DNA from: Eledone cirrhosa
Taxonomy: Eukaryota
Length of the DNA stretch: 64,000 bases
NCBI GenBank assembly: GCA_964016885.1
Contig: OZ024745.1
Span: forward strand, 28,148,001 to 28,212,000
Direction: 5' to 3'
Shown in pieces: positions 27,666 to 41,079 of this stretch; within the stretch, counting starts at the first letter, position 1, and each line of letters starts with the position of its first letter. The position numbers and the translations under genes are program-made. Below the pieces are notes generated by a model, which saw nothing but the letters and a program-made list of their open reading frames with translations, was not told the DNA's origin and searched no databases.

Positions 27666-28569
27666 GAATTTGTTGTATATATCGATGAGCCATTTTAATT
27701 CATTGATTTCATGGCCCATTTTGTTCAAAACTACCACTAATTAAATTCTCACCTTTTTCCTAATAAGCTCAGCTGCCAAGTAAGAGGAACAGAAAAGAAC
27801 ATTGCTAAACATTGAAGTGTTGTTGCGGTTATAAAGCCATTGTATGACAGTGTCGGTGTAATTTCTAAATATTTTGAATAATGTATTTCGAATTTTAAAA
27901 AAATTAACTCATTTAAATTCAATTGCTTGTATCGAAGTCAGAAAAATCATACGAGAGTAGTTTCAAAGGTTTATAGGCTGACTGTGAAGGAGTGATGCTG
28001 GAGCTGTGAAATCTTGCATGCATTAATTTCAACTCTTCTTATCAATAACTGCTGTGTTTCTTTCTAGGGAATATGTTAAAAAATAAACTCCATTAGGTCA
28101 TTCTATCAGAGTATCTTGGTCAGCATATGAACATTTCAGCCGATCCTCGTATTTAACTTTTGTAGTTGAGAGCAGCAAATTTGTTGCCTTCGTTTAGATT
28201 AGTTTCTTATTGGATGTTTCGGTTTTTTTGTTTGATTTCAGTTACAAGAAAAATCCGAGCAGACATACGATAAGAGGAAGAAAGTAATTCATAAAGGCAG
28301 AATAAATCATATCGCAGATTTTCAAAAAGCGATTAAAGAATTTGAAGAGAAACAGAGATTAGTAAATAACATTACGTAACATATGTGTGTGTGTGTGTGT
28401 TGTATTATATATATATAAAGAGAGAGAGAGAGAGAGAGAGGGGGGTGCATGTATGTGCAGCGAAAAGGTTCGTACGAAGTAAAAAGGAAAAGATTACCCT
28501 ATCTAATGAAAAATAGCTGATATATTATGATTCATACACGTAATGTGTATTACGCTACCTTTATATGGG

Positions 28570-28930
28570 TGTGGCAACATATGCAATCTGTACACGACGG
28601 TACAGAATGCATATGGCACTCCGTAGACCTAATTCATCAGCTGAAAATATGGGTTGACACGATCGATTCGTAACCTGATGTAGTCTCTGGTCTTCGCAAA
28701 TATGATGTCCACCATTGGAACCATAAGTAGGTGACAATATCTGTGTTGGACATCTGTAATCGCCATGCACTAGCAGCTTCTGTTTGTGATGCTATAGATG
28801 CACTGGTTAAAGCCGGCTCAACCCATCTTGGGTCAACGCCAACACTTGTACAAGTATGGTCAGAAATCTTGTCTGCAGGCATTTAAGTTATCTATTATTC
28901 ACGTAATTTATGCTCATGCTAGTGAATCTC
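28570..28930 (-). mobile_element. Possible very decayed piggyBac-like transposase C-terminal relic
   Basis: HTCTSVGVD...SAWRL weakly resembles the piggyBac YNxxMGGVD...NAWxL region. No TIR found. Confidence 0.25.
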
Positions 28931-30104
28931 TCCTCTAAAATTAAAACTGTTATTAATTAGACATACATTTTCTTCTTTTGTGTGCTTTCAGTTAAAAGAC
29001 GAACCTATCAAGCCATTTTCTAATAAATACTTGCTGGAAAGAAAATCAATATACAAAAAGAGATTGGATAGTATAGGAACTTTTCTTTTTGAACATTTAA
29101 GATAAATGTTCCGCTTAATAACTGATATTTCCTGTAACAAATTTGGTACACCTAAATCATGCTTTTGTAGACATCAATGCTTTCTTTTATTAACAAGCAC
29201 ACATTCTATATATTTATGGACCCGTAACTCATGAAGGAATCGTAGGCCACCATAGTGACATACGGCGTTTCTAGGACACCTTTAAACCATCTCCTCTCCA
29301 TATCTGAATACAGTAGATTTTTTCCAGAGAAGGATAGTGAGTAAGAAGAAGGAAGAGACAATAGAGATATAGAGGAAGAATCGACCCCATTACTAAGCTG
29401 GTACTTTTTTATCGACCTTAAATGGATGAAAGGTAAAGTTGACCTCTGCGGGATTTGAACTCAAAGAGCAGAAAGTCAGAACAAATAATGCAAAGTATCC
29501 TATCCAATATTCTACGACTCTGTCAATTCGCCGCCTTATAAATCTATATATGCAATGTAACAATGAAAATGTACAAATATTAAATATGGAGACGCGTGGC
29601 CTAGTGGTTAAGGTGTTGGCTATAGGAACATAATGTCGTAAGTTCAGTTCCTGGATCAGGTTGTGAAAAGGGAGAAAAAGAATACTAATGATGAGAGTGA
29701 GATAGGATAAGAAAGAGATGATTAAAGACGAGAGACAAAAAAGAGAGAAAGAGGAATAGTAAGAGGTAGAGAACGAGGGGCACATATCATGAGAGGGATG
29801 GGACAAGGACAGAGAAGTAGAGTGGATAAAAGTAGAATGCACTTTATTCAAAATTTGATCTAGATGTCTTATTCGTAAAATAGGTTAGACAGTATTCAGT
29901 ATATACCTACTGATACGTGCATGTGGCCAAAACAAAGTGAATAAGACATTTATTCTCAAAAACACTTCATATTCAGTAAATTTCAGTAAATTTCTACTGT
30001 ACCTCAGAGGATTTAGAATAAACTAAAATCAAATATTACGATTGTAGGTAAACCAAGTATTCTGTTAAAAGCCCTAATTAGTAGAATATACCCTTTTAAG
30101 AAAA

Positions 30105-30448
30105 ACCCCTACTCTGATAGAAAATGCATAGTCTACAAATTAAACCCACAAATTAACTGTATAACTAGGAACGTAGTATATAGCATAAGATGTACGGAGG
30201 GGCAGTGTAGGAATAGGAGCAGGACTTTCGTATGTAGCATAGGAGAAGGAATAAAAGAACACTGGCGAGAATTCCAAGATGGAAAAAACTCATCAGTACT
30301 CCACCAACATGTCAGAATGGAATATAGAGGCACATTAGAGAACATTGAGATACAAATCATATCCACACACACAACGTATGCAATGTTCCGACAGGTTACA
30401 GAAGCGACAAACAAACTAACTCCAACCAAAACTAAACAGAAAACTTGA
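30105..30448 (+). pseudogene. Penelope-like element GIY-YIG endonuclease relic
   Basis: Not in the ORF track. The frame from 30122 reads KCIVYKLNPQINCITRNVVYSIRC...IKEHWREFQDGKNSSVLHQH...AMFRQVTEA and ends TGA at 30448. It fits CxTxNVVY-IxC / KEH / RQxxEA, but the YIG motif is lost. Confidence 0.72.
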
Positions 30449-30671
30449 GTGGAAGAGCAACAACCACACAACTAGTAACTAAGGACAAGGTAATGACATA
30501 CAAAGACACACAATAACTAAACTGATAAAACAAACTAGACACACAAATAGAACAAGTAACCAACTAGTGACAAGTAAATAAACGTATAAATAAAATAAAT
30601 TAATAAATTAAAATAAATTAATTAATTAATAAATCAAAATAACTAAATAAAAACACACACAAACCTGGATA

Positions 30672-30930
30672 TAACGCGTGCGTAGCCCAAGTACACCGCT
30701 CACAAAAACAAGATGATGTAGGACAGAACAAAAGAAAGACACAAAATAACTATAAAATTAGTCCCTCGGGAGGTCACAGAAAGTGTGACGAAAGTGCTAT
30801 GACAATCAACAACTTAACAACCATCTGGTTATTATACTAACTGACTGGGAGTTTATAACAAATTTGAGTGAAACCAACAAGTGCGTGTTTTTATCGGCAG
30901 CATGACCTCCCCTCCCCAAAGAATAACAAT
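30672..30930 (+). mobile_element. Penelope-like pLTR with a decayed hammerhead (30761-30803), ending in a TA tract
   Basis: Reads GTCC-CTCGGGA-G-GTCACA(GAAAG)TGTGAC-GAAA-GTGC-TA-TGAC. It lies downstream of the GIY-YIG relic and is homologous to 7328-7520. Confidence 0.72.
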
Positions 30931-31009
30931 ATATATATAAATATATGCATATATGTATGTGTGTGTATATGTGTGTGTGTCTGTGACAGTGTATGTAGGT
31001 CACAGACAT

Positions 31010-31260
31010 CCACATAACAGCTCCTCGTGAAATTAACGTGCAAGTGGCAGAGTATTCCACAGACACGCGTAACCTTTACTTAGTTCTCAGGGAGATTCAG
31101 TATGACACTGTGTAACAAGACTGGTCCTTCAAATTACAGGTACAACTCATTTTTGCACTGGAGCAACGTGAAATAAAGTGTCTTGCTCAAGGACACAATA
31201 CGCCGCCGGGAATCGAACTCACGGTTTTACGATTGTTAGCCGAATACCCTAACCACGCAC
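31010..31260 (-). mobile_element. tRNA-derived SINE, family B
   Basis: The minus strand has the B box GAGTTCGATTCCC followed by TTGTGTCCTTGAGCAAGACAC. A plus-strand copy lies at about 38848-39170, with a partial head at about 29590-29660. Confidence 0.8.
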
Positions 31261-31308
31261 TTTCACACACACAAATACATATATAAACACACACATATAT
31301 ATATACAA

Positions 31309-31366
<58 letters not shown>

Positions 31367-31758
31367 GGTATGCTTTTGTTGAATTATTTAACAAGATTTT
31401 AAAATATGAGGTGGTGTTTGTTTATTTTGAATCAATCTATCTATTTATATACTACTATAGATTGTGTGCTTGTCTCTAATTTCATACAGCCAATATGGCG
31501 TATGATGGGAAAATATTTTGAAAGAAAGTTGTCCCTGCAATGGGAATACAAATGGATTAAAACAAGTTTCGTATAAATCGGAGCACGGGCTCCCGAGATA
31601 CGGTGTTTTTCCGGATACCTTCATGAATAGAGAGAGAGAAAGACAGAGATAAAGAGGTAGTGGTTGCGAGAGAGTAGCGAATATTTCGTGCTACATAAAG
31701 GTTTCTAAGAGTATGTATATGTGTGTGGGGGGGGGGCGTATGTGTGTCTGTGACCAGG

Positions 31759-31870
<112 letters not shown>

Positions 31871-31935
31871 GGACACTACCGTAAACTCTTGGTAGATTTA
31901 TCTATATATATATATATATATATATATTATTTATT

Positions 31936-32029
31936 TATTTATTAAAATAACATTAAAGTTTAGGCAAAGAATCGCTGGGTGAAAGCATCGATTCTTTGCT
32001 TAAACTTTAATCTGTTATTTTAATAAATA
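31936..32029. repeat. Fold-back with a hammerhead-like 3' half in the loop
   Basis: Arms are 31936-31974 and 31989-32029, with loop CTGGGTGAAAGCAT. The following tail of about 80 bp is shared with 11748-11827. Confidence 0.8.
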
Positions 32030-32113
32030 TTTGCTCTACGGTTCTTATATATTTGATATATATTTATCCTTATCGAGCTCTCTTTGGATTTTAGTCTTCA
32101 AATTTATTATTAT

Positions 32114-32147
<34 letters not shown>

Positions 32148-32669
32148 TATATATATATATATATTATATACATATGAGCCTTCTAATTTCATTTTACATT
32201 ATATACACTGGCAGAATAAACACCCTTCGAGTGGTTTTCTGCTAGCATGTGTAGTGTGCATATTTATATTATACGCAAGTATATATGCATGTAGATATGA
32301 TACATCAAATAAAATCGTAATTGACAATATACACAGAAATTGAACGAAGACTGCGTTACACTCATGTAATCAGTAACATAATCCATGATACATTAAAAAA
32401 AGACGATATTATATATAAACTGCATTAGGAGAAAATTAATGACAGAAATATATGAACGTTTATTTAAGCGATCGCTAACCGGAAGTGTTGATATTTGAAA
32501 ATTTTAAGAAGTGTATCTTTAAATAAACAATAAAATATATTTAATCAACAGCTACAAAATTTAGTAGATAAATTATGTAATATTCATTAATTATTTATTC
32601 AAAGTATATTCTTTGTTCTCCGGTTCTAAGTGTCTTTTCCTGGTTTATTAAATCCCATTATTATTTTTA

Positions 32670-34360
32670 AAAAACAGTATTACTTAATCAGAAATTTGGG
32701 TTTGTGGTCAGGAGTTTGATATTTCGAAATTTTCATATTTTTCAAGAAAAAACACATTTTTTTTTAATTTATCAGTTCATATAATTAAATCAACAGAGTA
32801 TATATTTATTTTATTACACAAGCTTATCAAAAGCAAATAAGTAAAAACAAATAACACTTATAAAGCAACTTATACACGTCAGAAATTACTGGATTTCCTG
32901 GATTTGCGGTTGTAGTCCAGGTCGCATTCCCGCACTAGCCCCCAGATATAGTCCCCCATCATTTTTTCATTGTAGTGGCCCTAGTACCTCCGCTCTATCT
33001 CTTTCACATCTTGGTGGAATCGTTCACCTTGTTCTTCTGAGTAGGCGCCCATATTGTCCTTGAATTTTTCCAGGTGAGCGTCCAACATATGGAGTTTAAG
33101 CGACATCCTGCATCCCATGGCGCCAAAAGCCTTTATCAGATCCTGCACCAGTTGCTGGTAGTTTTCAGCTCTGTAGTTGCCCAGGAAGCCCTTAACAACT
33201 GCCTTGAAACAGTTCCATGCTGTTCTCTCAATCCTATTGAGCTTATTGGAGAGAACTCGGTAGACTCAAACACCTTCTTTATCAAAAATTCCACCTTTGA
33301 TTTTGGCCTCAGATAACTTGGGGAAGAACTCAAGAAGGTACTTAAAAGCGGCTGATTCTTGGTTGAGAGCCTTCACAAACTGCTTCATCAACCCCAACTT
33401 AATGTGCAGTGGCGGCATGAGCACAATCCTGGGATCAACCAGTGGATCCCACATGACGCTCCGGGTCCCAACTACAAATTCTGTTCTCTGCTCCCAGTTC
33501 TTTCTTTTGTAGTGGTCAGAGGTGGCTCTGCTGTCCCAAAGGCAGAGAAAGCATTGGAATTTGATAAAGCCTCCTTGGAGTCCAAGCAGGAAAGCCACCA
33601 TCTTTAAGTCTCCAATGATTTCCCAATTGTATTGGTTGTATTGCAGAGCTTCCAAGAGGACTTTCACACTGTAGTAATCTTCCTTCGAGCAGTGTCAGGA
33701 ACTTGTTTCCATTGTGGAGGAGGACAGCCTTCAAACTTGTGGTGGAGCTGTCTATAAATAGCCGCCACTCCTTGGGCACAAATGGTACCCCAATAACGTC
33801 AAACAGTCCAGGTACGTCATGGCAGAAGCAGAGGCCATCCCTAAGAGTGTAAAAGCCTGAGAAAGGTTCGTGTCGACTTCTCTGACTTGTCACCTGCACT
33901 TCCTCCTTGACCAAGTTCCACTGCTTCATCCTGGAGACGAATAGCTCTGCATTGGACTTGGTCAGACCCATATCCCTGACCAAGTCATTGACTTCTTTTT
34001 GGTTTGGGAAGTGAGGAACTTTTTCTGGTACCCCAGTATCAATAAATCTCTTTAATCCACTTTTTAACAATTTTATACTTTATTGCACTTTTATCATTTT
34101 CTTTAGGTATTACTCTTTATTTTATAATTATAATTTAACCTGAAACATATATTAAAAAAATCATTTAACATAAGCAAATTAAACTTACATACAACGTAAA
34201 ATCCAGCATACAAATAATTCTAGTGAATAGCTTAGAATGTTTACAAACCCAAACTTTTAACTGTTTAATAGCACTTTTTTATTTATTTGGGACCTAAGCA
34301 ACACAAAAAAAGTGATTACAAGTCAGGAACAGAGAAAAAATTTTTTTTTGTTACACGGTG
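32670..34360 (-). mobile_element. Chapaev-3-like (CMC) DNA transposon with a frameshifted transposase (about 32880-34030)
   Basis: Motifs WRLFIDSSxxSLKAVLLHNGN, GDLKMVAFLLGLQGG, CFLCLWDSRA, PPLHIKLGLMKQFVKAL and SEEQGERFHQD. The minus-strand terminus CACCGTGTAACAAAA is at 34360; the left end is uncertain. Confidence 0.8.
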
Positions 34361-35766
34361 TTATATTCCTCCTTGACAAAATATAACCTAGAAATATATA
34401 TTCTGATATTGCATTATCATCTTTACCTGCAATACCTGGTGGAGTTATAGGGGCGCCTTAGTGACATACGCTGTTTCATGGGTATTTCTTTTTTTTAAAA
34501 CCTGGTGGGACCCATCTCCTCTCCAAAAGAGGGAGAAAGATAGACGGGAAGTACTTGACTGGTACTTTATTCATTGACATCTTGGAGGAATTTGAACTCA
34601 GAATGCAGAACACCGGAACGAATACCTGACGTTCTAACGACTCCGCCAATTCGCTGCCTTATTCTGACATGAACATCAAGCATTATGAAGAAAGAGAAAG
34701 AAAGGGATGTGGTGATGTTCATACTCTTTCAAGATCATTTGCTGCATAAGTGAAGGAACCATATTAATTCATTAAACAACTATGTTCCACTTCCCATTTA
34801 ATTGTAAACTCTACCGCAAAATCTGCTACAAAGTAAGTGGAGCAGGAAAGATTCCGAACTGAACTAATTGTATTCTTTGTGAATTTACAAATTAACTGCA
34901 TTTTACTAGGTCAATGTAACTCGTGTTTTGTAAGCATTGCGGTTTCAATGTACTCAGCAAGGAATCTTCTTCCTTTCTGACACGTAACTCGTGATGAAAT
35001 CACAAATATGCCGTAGTGACATACGGCGTTTCGCTGCTATATAAACCTGGCAGAGCCCATATCCTCTCCAGGTCTGAACACAGCCGATTTCTTCCAGAGA
35101 AAGAGAGAAATTGATAGAGAGGAAGGGAGAAAATGATATAGAGGAAAAATCGATCCCAATACTAGACTAGTACTTTTTTATTTATTGACCTCAAAAGGAT
35201 AAAAGGCAAAGTTGACCTTGGCAGGATTTAAACTCAGAGCCGGAACGAATAATGCAAATATTTTTATCCGACATTCTAACAATTTTGCTAATTCGCCTCC
35301 TCGCTAAAGAATTAAAACTTCAACTGCTTGTACCAAAATGAGAAACATCATTGGCATAAGTTTAATTAATCTAGACATTTAAGATACTTATTCAGTAATA
35401 CAGTGTAGTTTGAGAGCGATGACTTTATCACCTAGTTTTGAATAGTGAATAAGATGGTTCTATTGTCTGTTTTCAGTCAAAATAAATATCTGATGAGGCA
35501 TTTAGTCAGCAGAAAATGAAAATTTTGATGAAGACAATAGAGAATTAATATAGATCAAGAAAGAAGAATTCTCTGAATAATACTTGAGAGTTATTTAATA
35601 ACGTGAAAAGAACTGTGTAGAAAATATTTCGTGTAACTAAGTCTGTGACAACTAACCTATTTTCCATTCTAGAAATTGACTCCTTCTTTTATTAACACAT
35701 ACACATGGTAATCACGCAAAATAAATATTACAAAACACTAGTATTCGAGGAATCTTGTAATGTTCT

Positions 35767-36540
35767 GTGACTGCAATAAATAATGATTTCTGATTTAGGC
35801 ACAAGGTCAACGATTTCGGGCAAAGTCGTTTAAATCGACATCAATGCGTGACTGGTACTTTATTTTATCGACGCTGTAAGGATGACTGACAAAGCTAAAC
35901 TCGTCGGGATTTAAACTCAGAACGTAAAGGGCCGTAAACCACTGTAACAAATAATCGTTTCTGATTTAGGCACAAGGCCAATTTTTGGGGAGTGGAAAGT
36001 TGATTAAGTCGACATCATTGGATTACTTGTGCTTTATTTTATTGACCCCATAAGGATGAAAAGCAAAGCTAATCTCGTGGGGATTTGAACTCAAAACGTA
36101 AAAGACCGTGCTGCAACAAATAATTGTTTCTATGTTAGGCACAAGGCCAGCAATTACCCAGTGTATTACTGGTACTTTATTTTATCGACCCCGTAAGGAT
36201 GAAAGGTAAAGTTAACCTTGACGGGATTTGAACTCAGATCGTAAATGGACGTAACTATGCTGGAAAGCATGGCGTCCGACCCTCTACCGATACTGCCAAT
36301 CCACCGCCTTGTGCTGCAACAAATAATGATTTCTATCTAGACACAGGGCCTGTAATTCGTGAGGAGGCGAAATTCGACTATATCGACTCCAATATTTGAC
36401 TGGTACTTTATTTTATCGACCTCTGAACGATGAAAGGTAAAGTTGACCTCGTCGGGATTTAAATTCAGAATGTAAAGAGCTGGAACAAATACTGCAAAGG
36501 ATTTTAACCAACGCCCAAACGATTTTGCTAATCCACCACC
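35767..36540 (-). mobile_element. Tandem cluster of four family-A SINE copies
   Basis: Four consecutive units of about 170-230 bp, each preceded by a CTG(C/T)AA(C/T)AAATAAT linker (near 35770, 35942, 36110 and 36314). Confidence 0.88.
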
Positions 36541-37589
36541 CTCAAAAGTAATACAAAAGTAATACAAATAATCCAAACAGTGTTCGGGCATTGTATCCGA
36601 CCATTCGCTTATCAGGTGCCTAAAACCCCGTCTCTGCTGCACTGAGACCCTGATATCTGGACATTGTCTCTGACTGTTCAATCTCGCAATACCTGCAGAT
36701 CGTGTTTGTGAATGTGTGTGTGTTTGTACGTATGTTACACCGAACTAACACCCCACACACACGCGCGCGCGCGCATATATATGTATGTGTGTGTGTGTAA
36801 GGTGTAATATACATACACACACTCAGAATTGTATCCCAATATGTAGGCAACATGACCTAACGGTTAAAAAGATCACTTAGCAATCGTTATGTCCCAGGTT
36901 CAATCCCACTGCTTGATATCTTTAACATATATATTTTATATTGTATCGACCCAAAACTTGTTAGTAAAATTGGTTAGACGGAAATTGTTTAGAAGTCCAT
37001 TTAGTGAAATTCATAGGATCGATCTTAGCACACACTGTGTCTATAGAATGATACAGGTATTTATAGAGTGGTCAGCCGCTTGCACGTTAATTTTGTGTAC
37101 AGGTTCCTTCGATGATAAAACACCTGGAATACTCGTCTTCGGAACCGACGAAGACCCAACACACACATACACATATATCAGTAATAATTGTTTCTACTAT
37201 TGGCACAAGGCCAGCAATTACACAGTACATTACTGGTACTTTATTTTATAGACCTCGTAAGGATGAAAGGCAAAGTCAACCTCGACGCGATTTGAACTCA
37301 AAATGGCAAGGGTCGTAACTCTATGCGTCAAAGCAAGGCGTCCGGCCCTCTACCGATACTGCCAATTCACCAATGGTTTCTACTTAAGGCATAAAACGAA
37401 TAATCTTGTGGGGAAGGGGAATCAGTTATATCGACCCCCAGTATTTAACTTGTACTTTATCTTATCGACCTCGAAAGGATGAAAAAAAAAAGAAAACGAA
37501 AAAAAAGAAATTAAACAACGAAAGAATTGGAAATGTGGAGTCCGATAGACTCTACCCACGCCCCCACCCCCATTCAGAGCGATATGTTT

Positions 37590-37940
37590 CAGCTGTGCCC
37601 CGAAGACAAAATGGTGAAGGCCACTAAGAATGGCCAGCAACACCTGCTGCATCAATTACTCCACCTCACAGAGTTCCTTCCGGGTGTCTTCTCGATTTTG
37701 CAGATGGAAACAATAGTCCGGTTACCGAGGACGCTTGAGGCGCGAAAAGCAAGCGGTCAGTCAAGTCTTGGTAGTTGCTTATCTCCCTCTCTTCTGTATT
37801 ATTGATGGGAGGAGAGGCCTTTGTGGTGGAATGTTGGCGACGGAGAACGAGTCGCAGCACGAGGCGTCACAGATTAGGGATTTACCCACCTCGAATTACA
37901 AGAGGCTATCCCGTCGAGGCTAGATGACTCCAGTTGTGAC
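37590..37940 (-). mobile_element. CRE-like RLE-domain fragment
   Basis: GKSLICDASCCDSFS...NTEEREISNYQDLTDRLLFAPQAS is colinear with the other CRE-like pieces. Confidence 0.7.
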
Positions 37941-38393
37941 GAGGCTCCTCATTATGTCAGTATATAAAATGACGTTGCCGGGTTACGCTGTTCATCGGAG
38001 ACAACAGTGATAGTATTCCTATACCTCTGACATATATCATTTCAAAGGGAGACTATACACATCTCAAACGAGAGTTATTGTCCTTGGCATTAGTCAAATA
38101 TTTTAGCACGTTGTTTGTTACTATAAATTATTTCAGAAGGCTGAGCGGACTTGTTCTTGTTGCTGTTATCAGTCCTTTCCTTTTAACGTTCATGATGAAT
38201 TCTTTAAGACTCTTAAACCCAAAGGTAAGCTTGAATAGACGGAGCTACCTCTGTTTTCTTAAATATATCTTCTTTTGTTTCCTCTATCGTTCTCCCCTTT
38301 CGTAGTCTTTACGACCTTAAAGATTGTTAAAAATACAACCTGAGATAGACGTACACACATGCAAACCCCCGCCCCCATATACACATACATGAT

Positions 38394-38455
<62 letters not shown>

Positions 38456-38560
38456 TACAGGGCCCTTTTCTAGACTTCGTCTAGAAATAAACAAGTTTAA
38501 AGCCTGCCATGTTGCAGGCATGCCGAAACAGCAGGCCCTTCGTTGGGATTTTACGAATCG

Positions 38561-38626
<66 letters not shown>

Positions 38627-39804
38627 TATTTTGGGGGGCTTTATAGTAAATACATTAAATATACAATGTCAATGAAGGACTCATAAAAGCCGATAGTATC
38701 AGCGAAGTAAACAGTAACTATTAGTAATATATATATATCATTAGATCAGGTCAAGGAAACTATGATTATTTCGATCTTTCTGTTGCTGATATCTCTCGGT
38801 TACAACTTTTGATCGTATTTTAGTAATCAGTACTAATACAAATTGAAGTCGCGTGGCTTGGTGGTTAGAGCATTGGGCTTACAATCGTAAGGTTGTGGTT
38901 CGATTCTCGGATCTGGCGATGCGTTGTGTCCTTGAGCAAGACACTTTACTTTACTTTGATCCAGTTCGCTCAGTTGTAGAAATGAGTTGCGATGTCACTG
39001 GTGTCTAACTATATCATCCTTTACCTTTGACAACATCGGTAACATAGAGGAGACTGATATGCATGGTCAACTGCTAGTCTTCCACAAAAACACCTTGGCC
39101 TTACTTTTAGAGGGCAGCTTTCTAGGTGCAAAACTCATGATCATTCATGACCGAAGCGTGTCTTTACCCTTTACTAATACTAAATACATATGGTTCCAAC
39201 AGAACACACTAAAACAACAGGCAAATAGGCCCCACAAAATCATAGATGCATGCCAACTTTCCCACCTGCTCCCCATCACCCTCTGTTTTAGCCTTTATAC
39301 AAACTGGAGAAAAAGAACTCAATAGTGTGTTGTTTTTTTATTAATTACAAAGGCTGACTTACAATAGTTGTTTTGGTCCCTTGCACCTGGAGTTCAAATC
39401 CAGCCTAGGTCAACTGTGTCTTTCATACTTCAGAGATAGATAAATAAAATACTAGAGGTCGATATTTCACTTCACCCACTTTAATATATATATATAAGTA
39501 TGTTTTGAAACAGTGAGCGAGTTTGAAAATATTTTTACTAAAGAGATTTTAGCCTGATGGTGGGGTTTAGAACCCTCTAAGAAATGGAAAATGATGAGTA
39601 TTATATATATATAATATAGGGCGGTGGATTGGCAGTATTGGTAGAGGGTCGGACGCCATGCTTTGACGTATAGAGTTACGGCCCTTGCCATTCTGAGTTC
39701 AAATCCCGCCGAGGTTAACTTTGCCTTTCATCTTTACGGGGTCGATAAAATAAAGTACCAGTAATGCACTGGGTAATTGATGGCCTTGTGCCTAACGTAG
39801 AAAC

Positions 39805-39855
<51 letters not shown>

Positions 39856-40572
39856 AAAGTATCAAAGGAAATTCAACCTTCAAATAGTTTTTAATTCCTT
39901 ACAAATGTTTCAGACGTGCTGTGACCTCAAATAATTCAAATGTTGGAAATTTCTTCTTCAAGTCTTTTGAGAACTGATAATATACCTTTGATATTATCAT
40001 CATCATCGTTTAACCTCCATCTTTCACGCTAGCATGGGTTGGACGGTTTTGTCCCACTTGAGGCAAGATTGGTTGGGAGACCATGTCTCGCTCGTATATA
40101 GTTACAGCCCTTTACATTCTGAGTTCATATCCCACGGAGGTTAGTTTTGCCTTTCATCCTTACAGGGTCAATTAAACAAAGTACCAGCAACACACGGCAG
40201 TCGATTCAATCAACTTTCCCCTTCTTTAAGGTCGATGCCATTCATTTGACATTGAGACACAACAAACCAAGTAGAGACAAGTTATGTCTTTAGACAAATT
40301 ACACAAATATAGAATGCACAAGGGCTTAGCCAAAGGAGAAAAATATAGAAAGGAGAGAAATAGTAAAACAGAAGAGAATAAGGACTGATGTCCAACGTGC
40401 AGACAAAGGACAATGAGGCATAGCTAAATATATATATATGTGTGTGTGTTGGTGACAAGAGAAAAAGAGCACCCAGTATGCCCTGTAAGGTAATTGTGTT
40501 GGTGACAGTAGAAAAGAATAGTACCCAATCCACCCTGTAAGATGGTTGTGCTGGTGACATGATGAAAACGTA

Positions 40573-40957
40573 TCTATATATATAAAGTTGTAGTTCCTGT
40601 CTGTTTGTTTGTTTGTTCACGAACTCCTCCTATGGTTTTGGAGATAGACCCCAATAACCATATATATTCTGAAACTACATTGCCCAGGGTACTTGGATAA
40701 GTATATTTCATTTTAATCAAAGGGTACCCCGAGGGTACAAACCCCCGCTGAAAACTTTTTCCCTTTGATTTATATGAAATTTAAACCATAGGTAAATGAC
40801 AAGATATGATGCCTATTCACAAAATTTCAGCAAATTTCAATAATATTAAAACACCCTAATGGGGGTTAAACCCCTTATAGTGAAAATTTTGAAAGCCCAA
40901 ATAATATAATGCTTTACACAAAAATGAAATGATCAAGTTTTGAATTGATATTTTGAT
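40573..40957 (+). mobile_element. Truncated non-autonomous Helitron (5' end plus a short internal piece)
   Basis: Starts A|TCTATATATATAAAGTT. The first 310 bp or so match 42339-42655, then the sequence jumps to a match with about 43105-43155. No CTAG end. Confidence 0.8.
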
Positions 40958-41079
40958 TTCCCCACTTTGTCCTTTTGTCACTGGATCATACTTGAATATT
41001 CATAATTTATCTCCTGTTACTTTATCCCAAAAATTTGGATATATCTATATACATCTATATATATATATATATATATAAA

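Noticed and set aside
35489-35525. CTGATGAG hammerhead core
   Set aside because: GAAA does not follow a closed stem II, and no stem I or stem III can be formed.
38458-38560. Two hairpins plus GAAAC between TA tracts
   Set aside because: There is no CUGANGA core or NUH geometry. It may be a relic but cannot be supported.
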